Source: Anaerovoracaceae bacterium (GTDB lineage Bacteria > Bacillota > Clostridia > Peptostreptococcales > Anaerovoracaceae). From it: a stretch of DNA of 64,000 nt. The notes beneath the pieces are model-generated. The model made no database searches. It saw only the letters and a program-made list of their open reading frames with translations, and was not told the origin of the DNA. Location of the stretch: assembly GCA_045642105.1 (NCBI GenBank), contig JAZUII010000013.1:11669-75668 (forward strand). The letters run 5' to 3'. Positions within the stretch are counted from its first letter, which is position 1; every line of letters starts with the position of its first letter. Both the position numbers and the translations under genes were made by a program. This document shows, piece after piece, positions 18,883 to 27,455 of the stretch.

Positions 18883-20499
18883 CTAACTGTTTTTTCCAGT
18901 ATTCTCGTAGTATCTATATAAAACTTTAGTAAAAGGCGGGATGTTTGTTTCTCTTGCAGCATTCCACCTCTGCTCTTCGTATTCCTTCTCTGCCCTGATG
19001 CATTCGTGAGCCTGAATCAGAAGGTCCTCTCCTGATGTCTTGATCCCCGTCTTAAGCTCAAACATTCTGGCCATCATCTCAAAGGTTTCATCATTGTCGA
19101 GCAGTGCAAAGGCTGTGAAAATGCAGAATCCCAGATTCTCGAGTACAAAAACCTGCGCATACAGGATGTCCATCGCACTCATTCCCTTAAGTCTCGGATA
19201 TCTGCTGTCGACCTGAACATCGAAGAGGCTTTCATCCTGAATTGCTCTTCTGTCAACAAGAGATTCAGCAACCTTATCCGAGAAGAGGTCTCTTATCCCG
19301 TAGGTTCTCGAAGCAATGATTCTTCCTACAGGTGTTCCCTGCTCTATTTCATCAAGCCACTCAAGGAGATGCTCCTCGCCATGCTCGATTCCCACAGCTT
19401 CGGCATAGGCCTTTGCTGCAGTAACATACTCAACGCTGACAAGACTCATTTCGGTAGCTTTCACCTGAATATCACGAGACAGCTCATAGTCATCGATGCC
19501 GAAGCAGTTCTTTACCGCTGCCTCTACCTCTACCTGAGATGGGCTTTCGTACTTGCGTCCGTCACTGCTTGTATGTCTGTTCAGACAGCCTATTGCGCAC
19601 ATAGGGGCACATGTCTTGTTGTTCTTTCTGTTATCTCCAGAATCAGCGCACTTTTCGTTATTCTGCTTCTCGCCGAAGCTCTCAATTGCCTCAACCTTCT
19701 TTGCATCAGACTCTGCAAGCTCAGCGAGTGACGCCTTGCTTTTGAGTATTTTCATTATGGTGATCGAACCATATGTCGGAAGAGCTCCGCCGCAGACTTC
19801 ATCATTGATAATCTTCTGAACGAGCTGTTTGCTGCACTCCCAGAATTCTTCAGGATTTGCATTCTCTCTTGCAAAATAATCCTTTCCATCAATGACAAGT
19901 GCTCTCAGGTTCTTTGCGCCGAAGATATCGCCGAAGCCGCTTCGCGGGCTGTGATACTCCGGAATTCCGTGAGGATAGGTCAGGAACATAGATGACAGAG
20001 ACATCCTCATGTCACCGCACTTACCTGTTCCCAGTATTCCTATATCATCGTTGTATTCTTTCTTGAGTCCGCGAACGATTTCCCTGACACCTGCGCCATT
20101 GTATTCAGGCCTTGTTGTGAAGTCCACGCCATTGCTGTCAATATGAACAACGGTTCCTTTCTCTTCAGCAATGCCCTTGATTACGATTGCCGCAAGTCCG
20201 AGACTTCCGATTTTCTGAGGCAGATTGCCGGTCGTATTGCAGACCTGGATACCCTTACCTCTGCCCTCTGCGCTCGCCACGAACATGCGGCAGGCACTAG
20301 GCGCCTTATTGCCGGTGAAAAAGCCCGGAGCAATTACAAGTGCATTCTCTCTGCTATATCTGTCTGCATCGTCAGGCACATATTCTTTAATCAACTCAAG
20401 AACCAGGCGTCTGCCATAGAATCCGCAGTCGCTGTATGAATATGACAGTTCTTCATATGTCCTCGTATTTAAGTCAATAACAAGAATTCTTTCAGACAT
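18883..20499 (-). CDS. aldehyde:ferredoxin oxidoreductase (AOR)-family-like protein
   Basis: GGAGG precedes ATG 20499. AFOR_N-like N-terminus (ILVIDLNTRTYEE...GRRLVLELI...ALVIAPGFFTG...LGLAAIVIKG). Cys cluster CAPMCAIGC. About 60 aa shorter than canonical AORs. Confidence 0.6.
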   Translation of the reverse strand: MSERILVIDLNTRTYEELSYSYSDCGFYGRRLVLELIKEYVPDDADRYSRENALVIAPGFFTGNKAPSACRMFVASAEGRGKGIQVCNTTGNLPQKIGSLGLAAIVIKGIAEEKGTVVHIDSNGVDFTTRPEYNGAGVREIVRGLKKEYNDDIGILGTGKCGDMRMSLSSMFLTYPHGIPEYHSPRSGFGDIFGAKNLRALVIDGKDYFARENANPEEFWECSKQLVQKIINDEVCGGALPTYGSITIMKILKSKASLAELAESDAKKVEAIESFGEKQNNEKCADSGDNRKNNKTCAPMCAIGCLNRHTSSDGRKYESPSQVEVEAAVKNCFGIDDYELSRDIQVKATEMSLVSVEYVTAAKAYAEAVGIEHGEEHLLEWLDEIEQGTPVGRIIASRTYGIRDLFSDKVAESLVDRRAIQDESLFDVQVDSRYPRLKGMSAMDILYAQVFVLENLGFCIFTAFALLDNDETFEMMARMFELKTGIKTSGEDLLIQAHECIRAEKEYEEQRWNAARETNIPPFTKVLYRYYENTGKNS

Positions 20500-20569
20500 A
20501 AAAACCTCCATTAACAGCACGAAAAATATGGCGCTATGAAGCGTCAGTCGTACATGTATATTTTATTGC

Positions 20570-20601
20570 AAAAAAAAGACTCGGTCTAATAGACCGAGTC
20601 T
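20570..20601 (-). terminator. intrinsic terminator after the MATE gene
   Basis: agactcggtct-aat-agaccgagtct, an 11-bp stem followed by U7 on the minus strand. Confidence 0.8.
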
Positions 20602-20630
20602 ATACCAAGCAATGCATGTATATAATAAAC

Positions 20631-21980
20631 CTATAATTGTCTATCAGAATTTCTTTCGCTCTTTGCCAGCAGAAATACTATATCAATTACCACAACAACT
20701 GCCCATGACAGAGCTTCTCCATAAGGCAGTACATCTGCGCCAAGGCTTTTCCACGCAAAATATGCGAGCGCCACTCTTCCTGCCAGTCCTGCAATTGATG
20801 CCATTGATGTTACGAGAGTATGCTTTGCGCCGTTAAGATATCCGTTAAAAACAAACTGCAGACCGAAAATCCAGTAGAAAGGCATGCAGACCATAATATA
20901 TCTGTATCCGACATCCGCAGCATTTTTGCCCAGGTTGAAAAGCTCCAGAAGAGGATATCCAAGTAGCCACAGCGCAATAGCCATTATAGCTGTTATGCAC
21001 AGCGACATAATGACGCTTATCTTAAGAGTTTCTTTTACTCTGTCCGGCTTGCCCGCACCCATATTCTGTCCCGTAAAAACAGCAGTTGCCTGGCCGAGGC
21101 ACATCAGAGGGATAACAAGTATCGAATCCACCTTGAAGGCCACACTTACTCCAATAACTACCGCTGCTCCAAGGAGGTTGGTGATATTCTGAAGCAGAAT
21201 ATTACCTGTCGAGTTTGCAATGGACTGAATCATCTGCGGAACACTCAGGTTAATACACTCCCGAACCTGCGAAACGGGCGCCGCACCATTATCCGCAGCA
21301 AAAGCGCTGCGCTTCTCATTAAGCTTCCTTCTAAGATATGCAACTGACAGAATCTGAGACGCTACTGTAGCAACCGCAGCTCCGGCAATTCCGAACCTGA
21401 ACACAACGACAAAAATCAGATCCAGGCCTATATTGACACCGCTCGATACAGCCATTCCGCCAAGAGGTTTGCGGCTGTCACCCATTCCTCTGAGCACGCC
21501 CGACTGCAGATTGTACAGTGCGGTGAACGGAACACCCAGAAAGACAATTCTCAAATAGGTCAAGGCTCCGTCAAACAGGCGTTCAGGCGTATTGACAAGT
21601 CTGAGAAAGGCCGGTGCTCCGATGAAAACGATTCCGACTACAGCAAGTGATATCAGTATGAGAAGCCTGCTCATATCATCCATCAGTTTGTTAAGCTCTG
21701 CATATTTCTCAGCCCCAAAAAGATGCGATGCTATGATGGCCGTACCTCCTGCCAGCGCCACCTGCACGAGTGTGCAGGCATCTATAATAGGACCTACACT
21801 GTTGACAGAACCGATTGCGGCCTCACCAATCGCATTGCCGAGAATGAGTCCATCCACGATTACATAGGACTGCATCAGGCAGGCGGAAGCCATTAACGGA
21901 AGCATGAACATAACAAACGCAGGAAGGAGCTTCCCGTCTGTTGCACTGTTTTTTATCGCTATTCTTGTGTTTTCTTTCAT
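20631..21980 (-). CDS. MATE family efflux transporter
   Basis: 449-aa polytopic protein with a MatE-like duplicated architecture. Confidence 0.8.
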   Translation of the reverse strand: MKENTRIAIKNSATDGKLLPAFVMFMLPLMASACLMQSYVIVDGLILGNAIGEAAIGSVNSVGPIIDACTLVQVALAGGTAIIASHLFGAEKYAELNKLMDDMSRLLILISLAVVGIVFIGAPAFLRLVNTPERLFDGALTYLRIVFLGVPFTALYNLQSGVLRGMGDSRKPLGGMAVSSGVNIGLDLIFVVVFRFGIAGAAVATVASQILSVAYLRRKLNEKRSAFAADNGAAPVSQVRECINLSVPQMIQSIANSTGNILLQNITNLLGAAVVIGVSVAFKVDSILVIPLMCLGQATAVFTGQNMGAGKPDRVKETLKISVIMSLCITAIMAIALWLLGYPLLELFNLGKNAADVGYRYIMVCMPFYWIFGLQFVFNGYLNGAKHTLVTSMASIAGLAGRVALAYFAWKSLGADVLPYGEALSWAVVVVIDIVFLLAKSERNSDRQL

Positions 21981-21997
21981 TATATATTATCAGACTT

Positions 21998-23029
21998 TTA
22001 TCTCATCGGACAGGAATTGCTGAGCTTACCGAATCTCTCTCGGCGCTCTGCTCTTACAAGAATCATCTCTGCAGTAATACTGATGGCAATTTCCTCAGGT
22101 GTTGCCGCCTTGATATTGAGTCCAATCGGAGTATGTACCGAGCTGATTTTCTCTTCGCTGACTCCGGCTGCGCGAAGTCTCTCATTTACTGAAGCTGTCT
22201 TGCTTGCAGAACCGATAACGCCCACATATGCAGTTTCGCATCTGAGAGCCTGCTCTTCAGCCTCAAAATCATGTCTGTGTCCGTTAGTCATTATAACAAC
22301 ATAGTCATCCGAATTCAGATCAAACACTTCGTTCAGCTTTGCAAAATCTCCTGAAAGACGCTTTTCTGCCATCGGGAATCTTTCCTCTGTAACAAATTCC
22401 GCTCTATCATCCATGACAAGAATACGGAAGCCTACGCTGTGAAGCACAGGTGCCAGCGCTTTTGCCACATGTCCTCCACCGCAGAGTATAACTCTCTCTC
22501 CGACAGGAAGAGGCATGGAAAACAGATTATTGCTCAGCTTTGCACCGTCACCGAGTGCACAATCAGGAGCCGCAACCTCCGCAGGGTACGCGATGCTTTT
22601 ATCTGCATTAACAAGCACAGGAAGTGTTCCATCCAGATTAAGCACAAGCCAGCCCTTCTCTTTAGCATCGATTCGGCCAACAAGAGCCTGCGCAAGCTCA
22701 GCCCATTCTGCATCTTCATGATTAACGAACTGGAAGAAAGCGGTCACATCTCCGCCGCACTCCATTCCGATATCCTGCTCAACACCTGAACGAAGCTCAA
22801 ATTTGCGAGTTGCCGACTTCTTTTCGCCGAGAAGCTGCATCGCATATTCCTCCGAGCGCTTTTCAACAGCGCCGCCTCCAATTGTGCCGCAAATCTGACC
22901 ATTCGGACCTACCAGCATCTGCGAGCCCGTTCCTCTTGGACTTGAGCCGTCTTCATCAATGATTGTAATCAGGACAAGGTCCTGCGCCTCTGCAAGTAAT
23001 TCCTTTATTCTTGAGAAAATAGTATTCAT
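21998..23029 (-). CDS. XdhC/CoxI-family accessory protein (second copy)
   Basis: 343-aa protein with the same two-domain layout as 6332-7351 (ILCGGGHVAKALAP Rossmann-like). Confidence 0.7.
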   Translation of the reverse strand: MNTIFSRIKELLAEAQDLVLITIIDEDGSSPRGTGSQMLVGPNGQICGTIGGGAVEKRSEEYAMQLLGEKKSATRKFELRSGVEQDIGMECGGDVTAFFQFVNHEDAEWAELAQALVGRIDAKEKGWLVLNLDGTLPVLVNADKSIAYPAEVAAPDCALGDGAKLSNNLFSMPLPVGERVILCGGGHVAKALAPVLHSVGFRILVMDDRAEFVTEERFPMAEKRLSGDFAKLNEVFDLNSDDYVVIMTNGHRHDFEAEEQALRCETAYVGVIGSASKTASVNERLRAAGVSEEKISSVHTPIGLNIKAATPEEIAISITAEMILVRAERRERFGKLSNSCPMR

Positions 23030-23035
23030 ATATCT

Positions 23036-24172
23036 TTATCCTTTCAGAATCTTTTCTATCTCGTTTTCAATACATTTCGCTCTGTTAAAAACAGCGGTGT
23101 GCCTCTCAAGGCTCTCGGCTGTTGTGCATTTGCCTCTGCTTCGCGCAAATCTTGCTTCGACGCTCACCAGCTGATCTTCCTGCACACGCTTATCCGCATA
23201 GAACATTATATCTGAAGCACAGATCGGACAGCCGGTGTAATCCCGATCAGCAAGCATTCCCGCTCCGCAATCCTCAGGTGAATACGGGCTGTGATGATTT
23301 GACACTATATCTGCTACTTCCTGATAGCCCTGTCCCCTCAGATACAACGCGCCCTCACGAGCGTGCTTCGGTAAAAGTCTTTTGATATCATGCAGCAGTG
23401 CAGCCTTTCTCAGCACCTCTCTGTTAAAGAAGAGGTCATGTTCCTCGAGCGCATCCAGCAGCTCATCCTGATAATCCGCAACTGCTTGCATGTGTTTTAT
23501 TATGTGCGCAGGGACATCCTGTCTCCTGTACATTCTCTCGACCTGATTGTCATCAAGGAAAGCTGTCGGTTTCCATCCGATAAGTTCAGGTCCCTCATCT
23601 TTCATTATTGTAATGCCCGCGTATGGCATCGGAATGTCGAAAAGATTTTTCTCATCAACTATGTTGAAGCGTAGCAGGAAGCCTCTGAACACTCCCGCAT
23701 GAGCAACTATAACAAGATCTCCATCATATCTCTCCGCCAGATTGTCAAATGCAGCGCCAAAGCGCTCTCCAGCGTCGAGAAAATTCTCTCCTCCGGGAAT
23801 CCTGTAACCCGCGAGGTCTCTTCCTCTTTGTTCAAATTCTTCCGGATACTTCTCTTTGACTTCTGCGAAGGTCATTCCCTCCCAGTCTCCGCAGCTGATT
23901 TCTTTTATCCTGTCGTCAATTATTATGCGATCAGCAGAAACGCCCATAGCCTCTGCGATAAGCTCCGCAGTTCTTCTGCATCTTGCCAGCGGGCTGCTGA
24001 TAATCGTTGCACCGGAAACGAGCTGACTCTTCAGCCATGAAGCAGTCTGCCTTGCCTCTGTTTCTCCGTCAGTTGACAGCTTGTAGTCAGTTGCACTGTA
24101 GAAAAACTTTCCATATGTAGGCACATCCGGTTCGCCGTGCCTGATTAAATAAATTCTTCTTTCATTACTCAT
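23036..24172 (-). CDS. histidine phosphatase (CobC/PhoE-like) fused to an HD-domain phosphohydrolase
   Basis: N-terminal IYLIRHGEP (RHG motif) and ...VAHAGV. C-terminal LLHDIKR (HD motif). Confidence 0.7.
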   Translation of the reverse strand: MSNERRIYLIRHGEPDVPTYGKFFYSATDYKLSTDGETEARQTASWLKSQLVSGATIISSPLARCRRTAELIAEAMGVSADRIIIDDRIKEISCGDWEGMTFAEVKEKYPEEFEQRGRDLAGYRIPGGENFLDAGERFGAAFDNLAERYDGDLVIVAHAGVFRGFLLRFNIVDEKNLFDIPMPYAGITIMKDEGPELIGWKPTAFLDDNQVERMYRRQDVPAHIIKHMQAVADYQDELLDALEEHDLFFNREVLRKAALLHDIKRLLPKHAREGALYLRGQGYQEVADIVSNHHSPYSPEDCGAGMLADRDYTGCPICASDIMFYADKRVQEDQLVSVEARFARSRGKCTTAESLERHTAVFNRAKCIENEIEKILKG

Positions 24173-24324
24173 AATACAAAAAGTATTTTATCATGCGATT
24201 AAATGTAATTGCCTTTAAAATAGCACTATAGTTTTTTTCTATAAAGAAAGAGCTTAGCGCGCATATAAAAAGATGCAGGAACGAAGTGTTTCTGCATGCA
24301 TTGAAGCCGTAACCCTTCACAGCC

Positions 24325-24349
24325 AAAAACCGCCTAAGCGGCGGTTTTT
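24325..24349. terminator. bidirectional hairpin terminator
   Basis: aaaaaccgcc-taagc-ggcggttttt. Confidence 0.65.
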
Positions 24350-24470
24350 ATCGTATGCTATATATTATTCTACAGTCATCATACTCTCACAGAACTGAAA
24401 CACCTTGAAATTACTGGCTTTCTGATTTCAATATTGCAAGTGCGCTGATCTTTGATGCTGCCACTTAATT

Positions 24471-24935
24471 CTATTCAAGTATAACAGTCTTCTCTTCTTC
24501 GGATAATTCACTGACCTGATGAAATACTCCACCGCCTTCAGTTCCCAGTTCTGCCTTCTGGCCATCCAGATAAGTTAACTGAATAGTTTGATTTTTAAAT
24601 TCAATGCTGAGCTCATACTTATAATCTACGCTGTAGGAATCATCCTCTCTTGAACCGGCGCAAGCCATAGCAACTGAATTGTTTCCTAGCATTGCTCCTT
24701 CCCAATTCAAGCAAAGACGGTGTTCCGAATCTATACTCTCTTTGTATTCCAAGTCAATCGTATTCTTTTCTTCATCGTATTGTTTTACCGTTATGGAAAC
24801 TTTTTCATTCCATGGCGAAGTTCCCGTGTATGTGTTGCCTACGTATGACTCCATGCCGTTATTGTTATCATTAACACACGCACAAAGAAATACACCTAGC
24901 GTAAGCATCAACATAATACCAACCCTGTGTTTCAT
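24471..24935 (-). CDS. hypothetical lipoprotein
   Basis: GGAGG RBS. MKHRVGIMLMLTLGVFLCAC lipobox. No recognisable family. Confidence 0.6.
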   Translation of the reverse strand: MKHRVGIMLMLTLGVFLCACVNDNNNGMESYVGNTYTGTSPWNEKVSITVKQYDEEKNTIDLEYKESIDSEHRLCLNWEGAMLGNNSVAMACAGSREDDSYSVDYKYELSIEFKNQTIQLTYLDGQKAELGTEGGGVFHQVSELSEEEKTVILE

Positions 24936-24962
24936 GGCACACCTCCACATCAACCGTTTTTA

Positions 24963-25145
24963 TTATTTTAGCAGCTTCATAATATTTGAGATGCCTGTTG
25001 CCATTCCGACAATAGCCACTGCGAAGCAAACGAATATGTTCATACTTATCTCCTGCCCGGAGAAATATCTGATTACTTCTCCTGCAGCGAGCGAACCCAC
25101 GAATATAGGTAAAAGTATCATTAGAATTGTATATAAGTTTTTCAT
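24963..25145 (-). CDS. small two-TM membrane protein (hypothetical)
   Basis: 60-aa protein starting at MKNLYTILMILLPIFVG. AAGGAA RBS. Confidence 0.4.
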   Translation of the reverse strand: MKNLYTILMILLPIFVGSLAAGEVIRYFSGQEISMNIFVCFAVAIVGMATGISNIMKLLK

Positions 25146-25159
25146 TTTAAATTCCTTTA

Positions 25160-25420
25160 TTATTTTTCCAACTTCACCCAGACAACAAGCCCGATTAAAA
25201 AGGCCACCGCAAGATATACCCACAGCAAGCGGGGATATATATCCAGCACACCAGAAGAATCACCATTGCTCAAGCGAATTAATATATCGCCTAAAGCCGC
25301 AAGCAGAGACAACGCATATGTCCAGCTTCCGCCGACCATTATTCTTCTGCGGTTCTCACGCGCACCAATAAGAGTTAGCAATATGGACATTGTTAATAGC
25401 ACAAACATTAGAACATTCAC
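25160..25420 (-). CDS. small membrane protein (hypothetical)
   Basis: 86-aa protein with a GTG start overlapping the upstream stop. Three hydrophobic segments. Confidence 0.4.
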   Translation of the reverse strand: MNVLMFVLLTMSILLTLIGARENRRRIMVGGSWTYALSLLAALGDILIRLSNGDSSGVLDIYPRLLWVYLAVAFLIGLVVWVKLEK

Positions 25421-25770
25421 AATTTCATCCTCCCTGACTGATAGTTTTTAATTATCACATATCCAACTATTCCGCCCATAACGTTCATGACCGCATCATT
25501 TACATCTACTACTGCCGGAAAGTCTGCTAATCCGAAATAAGTTTCCAGCACCTCTACCACTTCAAGTAACACGGACACCACAAAGGAGGTTATCACGCTG
25601 TGCTTAAAAGTTTCACTAACAACGTCCTCTGCAAGATGACGATCTCCTACAATATCAAAAGCAATGTAGTACATCAGCTTCCTGTATTCATAATAAAGAA
25701 TCTCAAATTCCGACTTCGCTTCCGTTGTATCTATTAACTGTAAATAAATTGCTAGCATGTCCACATCCAC
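25417..25770 (-). pseudogene. chimeric remnant: ECF sigma-70 region-2 fragment joined to a VanZ-like C-terminus
   Basis: The first roughly 55 aa (EFEILYYEYRKLMYYIAFDIVGDRHLAEDVVSETF) look like sigma-70 r2. The rest (DVNDAVMNVMGGIVGY) looks like the VanZ C-terminal motif. Sigma region 4 is absent. Confidence 0.5.
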
Positions 25771-25854
25771 AGCTATTATACAAACAAATAACCGAAACCG
25801 AAACCATGCTGCTTGAAGAAGTTAACAAGCTTGAATGCTTTATCTGAGGGAACG

Positions 25855-25897
25855 AAAAAAGAGGTGCTTCCCTTGTTCGGGATGCACCTCTAAAAAA
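25855..25897. terminator. bidirectional terminator downstream of rpsI
   Basis: A6-gaggtgcttccc..gggatgcacctc-tA6. Confidence 0.75.
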
Positions 25898-26037
25898 TTA
25901 TCTTTTTTTAATTGGTTGCTGCAAGTACGTTGCAAGTGTGTTGCAAGTAGATATAAAATCTTAACTTTTCTGCAACTTCCATAACCTCCAAAACCCTGTA
26001 ATTCCAAGGTTTCGAACGTTCTGAGCAGTCGTGAAGA

Positions 26038-26436
26038 CTATCTCTTTGAGAACTGAGAAGCTCTTCTAGCCTTCTTCAGACCTGGCTTCTTTCTTTCCTT
26101 CATTCTTGAATCTCTTGTAAGGAATCCAGCAGCCTTGAGAACTGGTCTGTATGCTTCCTCATCGATCTCGCAGAGTGCTCTTGAGATACCGTGTCTGAGA
26201 GCTCCTGCCTGACCTGTGAATCCACCACCGTTAACAGTAGCGATTACGTCATACTTACCCATTGTCTCTGTGATCTGGAGAGGTCTCTTAACCTCGTTCT
26301 TTACGATGTCCTTGCCACCGAAGTACTCGTCAAGCTCTCTCTTGTTGATTACGATTCTTCCTGTTCCAGGGAGTAATCTGACTCTTGCAACTGAAGACTT
26401 TCTTCTTCCTGTTGCCTGATACATTGTCTTTGCCAT
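26038..26436 (-). CDS. rpsI: 30S ribosomal protein S9
   Basis: 132-aa protein ending in ...[14 protein letters not shown], the canonical S9 C-terminus. Confidence 0.97.
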   Translation of the reverse strand: MAKTMYQATGRRKSSVARVRLLPGTGRIVINKRELDEYFGGKDIVKNEVKRPLQITETMGKYDVIATVNGGGFTGQAGALRHGISRALCEIDEEAYRPVLKAAGFLTRDSRMKERKKPGLKKARRASQFSKR

Positions 26437-26455
26437 TGTCTATTTCCCCCTTTCC

Positions 26456-26884
26456 TTAGAATGTCCACTCTTCTGGCTTCTGTGCAGCATGTGGATGCTC
26501 AGCTCCAGCATATACCTTCAGCTTCTTGTACATCTGTCTTCCGAGTCTGCCCTTAGGCATCATACCCTTAACAGCGTGACGGATAATCTCCTCTGGCTTC
26601 TTAGCTCTCATCTCCTTGAGTGATGTCTCTCTGAGACCACCTGGATAGCCAGTGTGTCTAACGTAGATCTTATCTGTCTCCTTCTTGCCTGTTACGTGAA
26701 CCTTCTCAGCGTTGATTACGATTACGTAGTCACCGCAGTCGATGTGAGGTGTGAAAATAGGCTTCTTCTTTCCTCTCAGGATAGCAGCTGTCTCAGCAGC
26801 GAGCTTACCGAGAGTCTTTCCTTCTGCGTCGATCACGTACCACTTACGCTCGATCTCTGCAGGCTTAGCAATGTAAGACTTCAT
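26456..26884 (-). CDS. rplM: 50S ribosomal protein L13
   Basis: [26 protein letters not shown]... is the canonical L13 N-terminus. It lies upstream of rpsI, as in the conserved operon. Confidence 0.97.
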   Translation of the reverse strand: MKSYIAKPAEIERKWYVIDAEGKTLGKLAAETAAILRGKKKPIFTPHIDCGDYVIVINAEKVHVTGKKETDKIYVRHTGYPGGLRETSLKEMRAKKPEEIIRHAVKGMMPKGRLGRQMYKKLKVYAGAEHPHAAQKPEEWTF

Positions 26885-27110
26885 CTTTTAAATCCTTTCT
26901 ACCTACTTAGTATCTAAGATACGTTTTCGGTCTGCCTACTGGGAACATATTGTTCGGATTCGGCATAACTATAATAACTAGTGTCGGAGCTGCCGGGCCT
27001 CGCCCTACTCCATTTGGCATCCGTCAGGCTCTATACTTGCGCACTTCGCCATTCAAAACGCATGCTCGATGATTATATTCTCCAAAGCCTTATAAGTCAA
27101 GGCTTTGACT
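26885..27110 (-). promoter_or_regulatory. long GC-rich 5' leader of rplM-rpsI (possible L13-type r-protein leader)
   Basis: About 225 nt without an ORF, with GC-rich paired-looking segments (ggcgaggcccggcagctccgac). Firmicutes are known to have an L13 autoregulatory leader, but I cannot align this region to it by eye. Confidence 0.3.
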
Positions 27111-27115
27111 CCGAT

Positions 27116-27445
27116 TTATTTAATTGAATACAGATCCTTGAAATGTATCTCCCTGCCGTCAACTACCAGCAGTCTACGCCGCGCATCTATGAGCTGCACT
27201 TCCCCGTTTACAGTCGCATACTGCCCCCTGTTATAGAAGGTAATCTCTGCGAATTCTCCAACGTAGAGCTCCGACAGCTTGGCATTAATACCTGCCGCCT
27301 CGTCTTCCATAATCTCTATACGTGCCTTGCGCGCATGCTCCTGTTCTTTTTTCGCAAGGGCCGCATCAAGGCCTCCGACAGCTGCAAAAGGAGCGAACTG
27401 CTTAGCCCTCTCTGAGATAGGCATCCTGCCTCTGGCTTTCTTCAT
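27116..27445 (-). CDS. YolD-like protein
   Basis: 109-aa protein (MKKARGRMPISERAKQFAPFAAV...) immediately downstream of a Y-family polymerase, the usual YolD/UvrX-type pairing. Confidence 0.7.
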   Translation of the reverse strand: MKKARGRMPISERAKQFAPFAAVGGLDAALAKKEQEHARKARIEIMEDEAAGINAKLSELYVGEFAEITFYNRGQYATVNGEVQLIDARRRLLVVDGREIHFKDLYSIK

Positions 27446-27455
27446 CTCTCCCTCC

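Noticed and set aside
20521-20569. Search for a riboswitch (B12, Moco or tungsten) ahead of the AOR-led cluster
   Set aside because: Only about 50 nt separate the upstream terminator from the RBS, which is too short for any known aptamer. It is treated as a plain promoter region.
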